Shown: piece after piece, positions 1 to 11,300 of the stretch
Layout of the letters: each line of letters begins with the position of its first letter
How positions within the stretch are numbered: position 1 is the stretch's first letter
Source: Acanthaster planci
Lineage: Eukaryota
Reading direction: 5' to 3'
NCBI RefSeq assembly: GCF_001949145.1
Contig: NW_019091357.1
Span: 3,014,859-3,078,858, forward strand
Length of the DNA stretch: 64,000 nucleotides
Translations under genes and position numbers: made by a program
Notes under the pieces: model-generated
The model's database searches: none
What the model was told of the DNA's origin: nothing
What the model saw: the letters and a program-made list of their open reading frames with translations, nothing else

Positions 1-1182
1 GACCGCTTCACTCAAGCGAGCAGTTGACAGCAGTTTGTAATGGATATTACAATTCCAATTATTAGTTTAGCCGTCGTTTAGTTTAGTTCTATTCATTTAA
101 TTACCTCGGGAAGCAGGGCGAAAAACACGATTCAGCTTTCTGCACGCACCCACCTACCACCGTGTAAATTTATTGTTACCGATATATGTTGCACTGCTTG
201 TAATTATCGCCAGGAGGATGTTTGAAAATAAATCAACTTTCAACCCCGATTAATTTTGGACGCCAGTGCCATGAAACGTACGCGTACACAGTTCAGTGCG
301 TCGAGCTTTCACGGCCGTTCGACCAATGCTCTTTTCTGTGGGGACGACTTTTCGAAGGGCGGCCACTCTTTCGGAAGAACAGCTCCCCCGAGACAAAGAG
401 AGTATTCATAGCAATGTCAACGGATCAATCCACAATCAAACCAGAACAAAAATGGAGTAGGGTCATCTTGGAACCTTGTTACGGGTCACTTTGTAATCTT
501 GAGTTGGGGCTTGTATTGTCTGAAAGTCCCACTCACTTTTTCCACTCGAGTCGGGCGTGGCGAGAAGTTACTAAAGAGGTTATGCGTCAACGCGTACGGT
601 ACTTTGAGGGCAAAAGTTTTTGTGTCACTGGGACAGGCTCGAGTAAACCTTCTGTGCATTCGTTGTAACTAAATTCAAATAACAAAGAACAACCTCTGTG
701 AGAGCATAACCTCTATAACCTGCGGGGTTCTACTCTCGACGAGGACTCCGTAAAGGCAGCAAAAGCGGAGCATCCAGAAACAATCATTAGACTGACGTCC
801 ACTGGAAATTTCGCGCATAATGGAGCCAAGCTCATTATCTTGTCAAAGCGACGAGGGAGGAACTCCAAGAAAAGTTGCGGGCAGGTATAATGGACGGCAG
901 CTTTAGGCCAACACTGTTGTTAGAGCGTGTTGTTTGGAGAAATTTGTGAAAGGGCAGTTTGATGCTCGTTAACTCCAACCGGGTTTTTTTTTGTCTGTCT
1001 GTCCGTCGTGAGTGATCACCAGATTGGGCGGGGGGGGGATTAATGACATTGGAGGGAGTTTTGAGAATGATGATGATGAGAAAATATGATCTGCAATGTT
1101 TCGCTGCATGAAAACCTTTGGAGGTTGTTTGAATAGGAATCGACTCAAACTCAGTCCAATCGAAAAAATGTTACCGGACCAT

Positions 1183-1585
1183 GCAGCCTGGTGGTTTGGG
1201 AGTGTAACTCGCAATCGCAGGGTCTGGGGTCCAAACCCCTCAGCTGGTTATATACAGTCATTTGCAAAACTTTAAGACCAACGGTACAAATGCATTAACC
1301 TAAAAAAAAATTAAAAACTTAAACCAATTAATCTTAGCAACTTATGTTCATTTTCAATGTATAACCGCATTGAAGATAAAATGTCATACAAGACCTGCCT
1401 TTGAAAAAAAATGATTCAACTGGGCTTATGCATGCAGCACGACTCTGGTGTTATCACCACCATAAACAACATGTTATATGATTCAATGCAGGTCCGGTGA
1501 CAGAAATACCAACAAAATTCCACGTGGTCTTAAACTTTTGCAAATGGCTGTATATTGTGACTTTGGGTAAGTCAATGACTGTTGG
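1183..1585 (+). mobile_element. Degenerate tRNA-derived SINE with CORE-like segment, interrupted by the Tc1 MITE
   Basis: tRNA-like head (ggtggtttgg...ggggtccaaacccc) before the MITE and TGTGACTTTGGGTAAGTCA (CORE-like) after it. Confidence 0.5.
1255..1550. mobile_element. Tc1/mariner-type MITE, copy 1
   Basis: TIRs CAGTCATTTGCAAAACTTTAAGACCA ... TGGTCTTAAACTTTTGCAAATGGCTG flanked by TA on both sides; internal sequence similar to 14539-14977. Confidence 0.88.
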
Positions 1586-3749
1586 GGCATGCGTTTTGAC
1601 GTTTGCACTTAAAAGGGCGGGATTCAAATTGTATACACCCCAAGGGAGCCGAACTGGCCATCATAGGAATGTTTGTGGGCCCCACGAGTGGAGACAAATA
1701 CGGATGCACATGTGCAGCAAGAGGAGTTTGTTGGTATTGCGCCAAATAGATACGGCAAGTTTGCTGCCGAGCGGACTCTCAAAGTGTCACAGGAATGTAA
1801 AATACTAATCGTTCGCTCGCTGGGTGCGTGTGGATGTTGACAGGTTAAATCACAAAACACATCTTTGTTCGGGAGAAACCCACAGAATAAGGGGATTTCA
1901 CAAAACCATTTGTCGGTTCGCGTGGCCGGCTCACGTGGCTCATTTTAGCCCCGGGCACCTGTCAATGAACGGCGCGTGGCCGGGACTGACCAGGGATTCA
2001 ACGGCAGGGGATGCTAATACCTGACGATATAATCCCCCATTCACCGAAACTGTACATTCCCCTGCACATAATAAGTGACGTCGCTGAAAAGTGTCGTCAT
2101 CAGAGACTCTGCGTCTCTTTCCGGTCAGGGGATCAAATTAAACCCCTTGTGCTACAAATCCAAACATACAAGTCCGATTCAGCTTAGCATCGCCAGATAC
2201 TGAATAGATGGCGCAATCAGAACCGCGAGAAGGGGATTGTCTGCCCCCTTTGAGTGGTTGACTCCTCCCTAAATCCCCTAGACAACAATTTAGAGCTTTT
2301 TTTTTTTTTTTTTTTTTTGCTCCGGTAGGCCAGATAGTCAGAAATGGTTGACTCTTCGATGGTTTGCGATGCAGTCTGAATGAATTCGTGCCTCGATGGG
2401 GGGTGGGGGTGGATTGGGTTATTATTAACCGATGTTCTGTAGGTTAGAGCCTTGGTCTATAGTTATTAGAGGTGCTCCAGATTGCCTTGGATGCTGGCAC
2501 CGAGTCGGGAGCTTTGTCCTCCGGGGGGAGCTACGGCAGGGCTCGACCCTCTTGGCTCGCTCTTGAGGAGTTCACGATCTCCAGGGGGTCGGGCAAACTG
2601 GAAAGCCGTGAACAGAAATAAATTAGAGACAGAAAAATCGGGCTGCGGGCCGGGACGGGACACAATCGCTGTGTTCAGGCTCGCCCAAGATGCGAGAAAG
2701 TGCCGTCTTACAGGCACTTGAGGTCCCAAATCACAAGAAAAGCGGAGCAGGAAGTTTGAATCGGGTATTGTCGCATCGTGACTGCCACCTGCCCATCTTC
2801 AGCGCTTCTCTGCGGCAGGTCTCATCCAAGCGACGTCAATCACGCGGACAAGCCTCCGTGCCCAGCCCGATTGGATTTTCCGGATGGACACCATGCAGCA
2901 AGCGCACTTTAAAAAAAGGAGAGAAATCGGGGGAAAAAATCAAGCACACGAAAAACAAACTGCATTCTCCTCATCGAGATTTACGAAACAAGTCCAGGGA
3001 TAAGAAGATAAATTGTCTTCAACATCCACTAAGGAACATTGTAGGTATAGGCCAACTGTGTAATAGCTAGTACCGACTGTCTGGAAATGTTTCCAACTGC
3101 ATATTGTGTAAATAGGTTATGTCGTGGCATTTCCCTTACTGGGCTCCCTTTTACCTCTTGGAACACCTTTATAATTGCTTTAGAATTGGATTCAGCTGAT
3201 TTCGGGTATTTGGAAGTGTCATAATCGACCATAAACTTTAAGCCAAGCGTGCCTCAGTGGCAAAACTGCGACACCTACAAGCAACTCTTGAATCGTGGCT
3301 TGCCAATAGAATGCTTTCGCAATGCGTACCGCATTTCGTTAAAAAAAAAAGAAATGTCGATATTCCACGACTCTTTGCCTGTGATTTATTTTCAACAGAG
3401 AGCCGAAATAGAGTCGTAAGTATCAGTTCAGTTTGAAATGAATGTGTTTGATGGTTGCCAGGGGCGCATCTCATTCCATTCTTAGAAGCCATCAGGTGTG
3501 GACGAGGATGAATCGTCATGGTAAAGAATACGATACAGAAAAAACAAACATCTGTTTTAGGTCCTGAACTGTCTTTGGACACCAGGAAGGGGTCTGACAC
3601 GGCTCGTAGGTCATTTTACGACAAGGGCAGCAAGGAACAGCCGACCAACGACGGCGACAACGCGCAACTATGTTAAAAATGAACAGGCCAGTGTCTCGCT
3701 GTTCCATTGCATGTGTCTACGCAATCGAAACACGAAAAGAGAATATCGT

Positions 3750-3845
3750 GGCCAATCAGCATAGTTCTCTGGTGTACAGAGCATGGGCATCCGCCCAGAT
3801 GACCCATTTACCTATAAATGCCAAATTGAGACGATCACTTAGCCT
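3750..3845 (+). promoter_or_regulatory. Candidate gcm promoter (CCAAT at 3752, TATAAA at 3813)
   Basis: Canonical CCAAT-TATA spacing upstream of gcm; an alternative proximal CCAAT lies at 4976. No transcript data. Confidence 0.35.
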
Positions 3846-5098
3846 ATTAAAACACCAAGTCGTGTATTGCAGAAGCAAGCACGTACGTGTCTGCAACGTT
3901 ACCGTAAATAGAAACCGACCTCAACTCACCCAGAAGCGACTGAGGTCGTAAACAGGTAGCACTGTGCCCACGATCCGACGAAACACATCGCTGTAGCCTC
4001 TTATCACCGACGCGTCTCTTCATCAAATATCTTTGTTTTACCAAGGCTTACCTCAATGTTGTATGGTTTTGTTTATCTTTCGCTCAATACTGTTGTTTAA
4101 ACGATCGCCAGGATTTTGTTACATTCACGGATACCAGGATTTGTTATTCTGTTCGTTAATATAATGCACTTCTGTGCCATCTGCAACGAACCTTTTTGGC
4201 ATCTGCACTGCCTACTTCATCATGAATGATAAAAGCAAGAAACTAATCAACAACAACAACAAAAATTGTTAAAGTTTGTTCGTGTTCAATCGTGGGTTTG
4301 AATTTATTTACCATGTTTAATCATAACCGTATTTTCTCCACAACTCGCAACCATCTTTGTTCACCAACTTGACTGTTCCACTTCCCACAAGGTGAAGTAA
4401 CAGCTGAAACCCGCCCCCCCCAAAAAAAAATCGCTGATTCCGACACTATATTAATCCACAGCGAACAGAATATGTGGTCGGACGAGAGACGAAACACAAC
4501 TGAAATATAAACTCAAGAATTACTGCAGCAAGGATACGGGCTGTAGTGAATTAGGCTTGTACGTTAGATGCAATGGGGTTGATCGATTTAAATCTTGCAC
4601 CAAAACTGTGCTTTATCGTAGGGAAAGGAATGCGGTTTGTTTCACAGCTTCGTCCTGCAGCGATAACGTGATTTGAATAACACGAACGAAACCCAGAATG
4701 AAAATTATGCAAATCGTCACCGCCTCGCCTCATTCGGGCTACCCCGGACCCCCCCTCCCCCAATATCATTGTGCATGCGGTGGGGGTGGTAACAATATCC
4801 CGTTGAACAACTTGCGCGTGGATGAAAAACACAGCGCCGTCTCTGATTTGTTGAAATGACTTCAGCCCTATAATTACGCGTCAACAACCGGGGCGTAGTC
4901 CTCCCTTTTGTCCTACTCGCGTGCCCGTCGCGAGCCCGTAGCGAATCACCCGGTCACCGCGTCCAACTCAGCCAGCCAATGGCAGGCAACGAACATCCCG
5001 TTGCCCAGGGAAGAGATAAAAAAGAAAAGATGATATTGTAGAGGCAACCCCCTCTTTTGTCATATGGTCCAGGGACCGGAGACACAGATAAAGAGAGC

Positions 5099-5380
5099 AT
5101 GGAGCATTCATTGGCCACTAGTGGAGGTTTGGAGGTCCAGGAGACGAGTACAGCAATCGCTGACGCCGAGGCACAACCTCCGGCAGAGAGGAACACCGAT
5201 CAAGCCCCGGCACTGTCTTCCGCCACCGAGATCGTGCAGGGATTTCCCGAGGGCCAGCAGTCGAGAGCCCCAGTGCAGCAGACAGCAACTCGCTGGTCGA
5301 GTCGACGGAACGGAGGCAGGGCTAGCAAGGCGCAGGAGCGGGAAGAACTCAAGAAGCAGAGGAAGATGAGGATTGAGAAG
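5099..5380 (+). CDS. gcm: gcm coding exon 1 (low-complexity N-terminus, basic end [10 protein letters not shown])
   Basis: ATG at 5099; donor AAG|gtgcgt at 5380/5381 is phase 0 and joins in frame to FDDF of the next exon. Confidence 0.75.
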
Positions 5381-8300
5381 GTGCGTTTGAGTCGAATACG
5401 ATGTCTCTTAATTCCTTCATTGTCCATTTCTTTTATCACTGTATCGCTCCTTTCCTTTCACATCATGTTGTATAGAAGACCACATTTCCTTCCCCAATGC
5501 TTATACAGACTTCATTTACTGTTGATTTAAAGCATTTAAATCAAGCCCTCAGTACTCTACTATTCCTACTCGAGTTTCAATCATTGAATTAGTATGTTTC
5601 AAATTGCTCAGTTTGCTGAAGCCACTGTGGAAATGATTAATCCTTGAGGTGCGATGCGATATGTTCATTAAAGTCTCAGGCCATCAACAGGTCGAGAAAA
5701 GTACAGAGCACTTACAATTACTTTGACTTGAGAATGATAAGTCGGTGGTTATAAAGGTTCAGTCTGGGAATGGAAGAGAGACTCTTCACGGACAGTGTCT
5801 CGGTCTTTCACGAGTCAATCGTTTGGCCTGAACCGTTGCAGTTTGACGACTTTGTGGAATGGATCGACGGTGACGTGTCCTTGCGATACCACCCCAAGGA
5901 TTCCGACGCTCGAAAACACCTCAGCGGTTGGGCCATGCGAAATACGAATAATCACAACAAGAAGGTGCTCAAGAAATCCTGTCTTGGTAAGTCCGAAATC
6001 ACTCTACAGTTTTCCTGTACTTCTAGAAAAAAAATCTCATACTGCTATAAAGTTTTAAGAAAATTACTCCAGTGTTTTAAATAAAATCAACATCAGTTCC
6101 ACAAGATCGGAACTGGTTGCCGAGATAAGTCTACGGGACATCATCCATCAAGAGCCGCCCGTAGGCGATCAAATAACTGCCAAGACGGGTGTAAAAAGTA
6201 ATACAAACCACTCACGCAAGGTCCTTCCGTGGATCCCATATTGGATGACCCGTGCAGACACCATCAACCTATCAAGTACGTGAAATGTTTACGACCAATG
6301 TGTGGGCCGCTTGCAGTGGATCACAAGTAGGTGAAGGCATGCGGATGTCGTCACTCTTTCTGGGCCCGGCCCAAGATCAGCAGCCCAAGATGCCATCTTC
6401 GAAGTCCCTGCACTCACGGTACGTGTAACGGCTAAAACGCCTGGGCATTGCCGTATGCGAAAATAATAACAGATTAACAATAGGTGCGAGTTTGATAGCT
6501 GGCATAGGATATAACAGAAAGCGAGATGAAGTCTCCCCGTGCTGTGTACACTGAATGTATCTGGTTATCCATCGTAATCGACAACCTATTATGGGTGTGT
6601 AATTTTCTATTTCTTAAAACAGCATTTCCACCCGCCTTTCTCGCTCTACATGTCGCGTCATATTAGTTGACGAAATAAGCATTTCTATACAGAGAACAAA
6701 TTCTCACCTTAAAAATTTTGTTCGCCTGTCGTCAGGATATCAATTTGATGACCTTGTAGAACCATTAGGTCATAAATTAACTACCCTCGGGTGGGCTCGG
6801 CTTGTTTCATATCAATAATGTCTTCCTTATCTGCCACTTTCTCCGAAGAAGTTGATGTCAATAACCCTTGCCATTCAAGCCTGATATGCAGCTGATAAAT
6901 TGTCTTTTATTTGACCATGATGGCTTCATTATTTACAGCAACGACCACTGCCCCAGGGTCGGTGTTGAGAGTTCCCCTGACGGGACGGATGTTGGCCCCC
7001 TTGTGATACGATCCCGTACGCCGCGCGCAGCGCCAATGTGTGTAAGCACCCATGTACTCCTATTCACGGTCGCGCGCTCGCTATTGTTCCGGGCCCGTGC
7101 CGCGCTCCTGTCGCCCTGAGCGCTGGCTTGTGCTGTGTCCGTCGTTTACAACTTGTTGATCGAGGTGTCTTTGGCACGTGGCGGCGGGCGCTCGACCCGT
7201 GGTGTTTGCGTTAGATTACCCTGGCTGTGGTAGTGGTGGTGGTGGTGGGGGGGGGGAGTTCGACTTAACACAAGTGGACGGGGACCATATTAATTTCACA
7301 CCAAGAACTTATCATGAGAGGAAAGCTCAGCAGTTGCTGATCTTTGGATGGCGTGGGATTGCTTGATATGAGACCCGAACTTGACGATGTTAGCTGTTCA
7401 CATTATTCAAAATCATGCTATTCTCTTTTCCGCGTTGGCTCCTTCCTCCGTGGTTAGGATCAGTTTGGTTTACGGTCAAATTGATTTATTTTGGGTGCCA
7501 GACAGCCACTTCACGGAGTCGTGTTTGATTTTTCTACATCAAGCTCCAATCATTGCATTCTGAGTGATTTCTGAATTGAGTTAATTTGCGCACGTTGCGT
7601 CTTCTTTTGTCGGGCACAAATGCGACTGCGTTTCACGTTATGACAATTTACTCTGAATGGGGAGAGGGGTGGATAAAAACTAGGGACGCACAAAAAGGAA
7701 GGGACGCGTGTCGGGAAGAAGCGACCATTGAATACGTCCAAGGCTGCCTGGCTTGGAGACAATTCCTGCAGACTGCAGGGCCGGTGCAAGTCTGGCTGCG
7801 TTGGCCCAGCCGTCGCGGCATCGCACGGGCTAATCCCCGTAAAATAATCGCATCCACACGGCGAGAGGAAAAGCACCCACATGAAGCCCTATTGGCCTTT
7901 GTTTCAAACTTGTGAAATCCTTCATAATTTGTTGTATGCTCCATAACGAAGCAAATCCTCCATCGTTTTGTTTTTTTTTCTCTCTTTTTCTGAGCAAAGA
8001 CTCATTTGGAGGTGTGTATACAGACTTTCATTAATTTCCTGAACATCTTTTACCCTCCTTTGTTTTTCCTAAATACTGGGGTTCAAAAGCTGGAAAATTT
8101 TACATTTTGCCCATTGCATATATTTATGTAAAACACCGTCCAAGCATTTTAAAATAGAGGACTCATTGCCCAAAGAGTCCCCAATTGAAAGCTAGAACTC
8201 AGTGCGATTTTTTTTTATTTATCAGAATCGAGAGCGATTTTTTAATTACCCAAATCGAGTATCGATTTGGTCGCAATTGTCGGTAGTATTCCACCACGAC

Positions 8301-11300
8301 CGGCTCCTTACAAAAGGCCGAATGATAACAATTGGCATCGATTTATCTTCAGCCCGTCGTTTTTAAGTCAATCAGGCTAATCGGAACTGAATGCGCGTTT
8401 AATGAACGATCCCCTGTATGTGTCCCGGCCCCGGCGATAGACCTGGGGGGGGGGGGTGGAGGCGGCGTACAATGATTACGAGGAGAGGAGCTCCGCAATC
8501 CACTCATGAACTCGTCTTTATTGTCACCTCCCTGAATCAGAGCAGGGGTAGTGGCCGCTTTATCGACCCCTGACATCAGCGTATATCAGATTGCGTTGCA
8601 GTCAAAGCCGACGGAAGCCGCACTTAGCCTCTACATATCCGGATTACTCCCTGTCCATCCGGAGGACGTTTATCGGTTGCTAGTTAAACGAGGCTTCAAG
8701 AATTCATTTGCCATCAGGGGCAAATGCAGGAAAATTCATTTTAATGGCATAAAACAGGATATACTGAAAGTAAAGGTGCTCTTTTATAAGAATCCAGGAT
8801 CCTTTTTTTAGCCAGACTTGCTCAAATGCACCTGGCCTGTCATTCAGTTATTATATAAGATCATTTATACAATGCGTTTCACGAAGTGAATTAGAAATCT
8901 CAAAACTGAGCCCAATGTGGATCAGGCCTACTTGTACTTTCCTTTGATTTAAATTTGGACTATCAATAGACATTTTTCATTACGATGCAAGCTTGGATCA
9001 AATCCCCTTGAATCGATTTTTTTAAAATTCAAAGCTGTGTAATGGGATCATGTCAAATACTGCTATGATTGCAATGCTTATTTTCGTTTCAAATGTGGTT
9101 GGAAACAGGTATGTGCAGTCACAAATAATTTCAATTACGTGTAGATGCATCAGAAGAGACAAGCCTGAATTTTTAATGAAATTACTTTTGACATTTGTAA
9201 TGTATTACTTTTACTTCCACTCTCAAGTTTCCCCCGAAAAAGTAGAGTTGTTCTGATTATAACCTGCCTGTGAACAAACTCGGTCGTTCCGAGGGTTTGT
9301 CTGGTGGCTGTTTCTCCTGGGGTGTGCTCTGTACTTTTAACCCCCCCCCCATCCATTCCCGACGGTAATGCGTTCCTTGTACTAAGCCTCTGACACGCGG
9401 GGTCGCTGGACCGTGAAGGGTACCAGTGTTCACTGGGACCCCAAGCCGTCTCACATGAACCCACAATCGTTCCATGAGCCAGCAGAGCAGCTGAACCTGA
9501 AAACAAAGGCAGACGCCTCCAACATTTTGGAAGGGTTATTATTATGTTTTTTTTCGGGATTAGTTCATTAAGACTGTTGCCCCGAGCGATTGTCGTCGCA
9601 CCGAGCCAGAACGCCGCGTCCTCCACTGGCGGGACAGAGTTTGAACTGGTGGGGGGGGGGGGAGTAGAGTTCAACCGTGCATAGAGACTTCCATAAGAAC
9701 GGGAGAACACTTTCAAATAGCGCCGCATTTGAAAGCCCACTTTCAGAGGCTGTGATGTTTTTCTCCAACGATTCAATGTACAAAAGGGAAAAGCCCACAA
9801 ATTTATGGGGAAAAAATAATGTACAGCTCTTTTTGTTTTCGTTTTTAAATTGCTTATTGTTTTGTACGGGCTGCCAAAGGTTGCCGAAAGTTCATGCTGG
9901 GCCGGCTGGCGACAGCTTTATTTGAAAAAAAAAAATACTCCATTTAAGCTGAACAGGGTTCAGTGCATTTAGAATTAAGTAGCAACCTTTATTTCTACAT
10001 ATATTTTTAGTTGTTTCACTGGCGAGCAATGAAAAGAAATACAACATAACAACTCAATCATTTGCAAGAGAGAAAAGATCAGGCCTACGTTAACTTTATT
10101 GCTCATGTCTAACTTTGATTGTCTGCAATACTTACCATTTGTTTGCAATGTTCCCTTTTTCCCCCGAATAAAAAACTGGAAAAAGAAGAGAGAGTAAGAG
10201 AAGAAAATTAACAATGGCAGGAGACTGTTTTTTTTAATCCTGCTAAATTCAAAACAGCATTAAAACGAACAGAATTGAGCCAGCCGATGGCAAGGTGTAA
10301 CAAAGGGACAAGAACCTCTGAAGAGTCATCATGTGTCATAACAAAACTAAATCCTGGTAAAAAAAAAAAAGTACACGTATTGTGTATTCCATTCGGAGTC
10401 TTAATATGGCGCCGAGGGATTTTTTAAACACTTTGTGACTTATTCTTTTGTTTTCTTTCCGACGATACTTTTGCCACACACTGATTGGCAAGGAATGATA
10501 CCACAATTGGCCATTGCAAAAAGATCGTGTTTTCTCTCTTTCTCTGCTGGCTACCGGTGAAACCTTGGAACCTTTATGTACGCCATTAACGCTCAGTCCC
10601 CAAACGGTTTGCTTTGAGCTAGCTGTTTCTCCCTACATTATTTCAACGCCCGCGCCGAATCTTGCAACATTGTACTCGCTGACTGATCTCATAATCATTA
10701 GTTTGCAAACAGCCAGTTTGTTTTCCCCCAGTCTTTTCACCACCTGGTTTGCATCCTATGATTGTGCCCTGTCCTCTGTTGCAAGTGGGCTGGGTAAAAA
10801 GTCACAATGGTTGGCTTTTAATTGTGCTTCTTCAGCGTGGTCGGCCCAAACAATGCGCACCCATGGCGTCTTTTAATATCATTTGATTTCTCCTGATAAT
10901 TGCGGCAATTTCGATTCACCCGACGAAGATGGATGTTTTTGTGTGCGGGGCGGGGGGGGGGATGCGTGTGGTCCAGTCCGTGGAGTGGGGGAGGGGGCCT
11001 ACTGTAGTTGCCCAATGCACGCAGACGAATTATGCCCACGGCTTTCTACACAACTCTGACAATACGGCCTGGGACATTCATCACGCCAACCCCTCTCGCA
11101 TGCACCTGCGCTGTTTCCAGCGAGCGCCCTGTTGCGTAACACATGATACTGTTCGCTACCGCGACCCACTACTCTTGTTGTTTTTGTTTTAATGGCGCTT
11201 TCAGCTACTCGGGCTATTTGCGCCAACAACTATTCATAACCTTTATTAATCAGCATTGCATTACGGAGTTAGGGAGAAGGTCCAGTTTGAGAGGCAGGAG

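Noticed and set aside
9150..9800. 216 aa - strand ORF (also 12130-12735)
   Set aside because: Intronic, includes homopolymer runs, and has no recognisable domain or coding bias.
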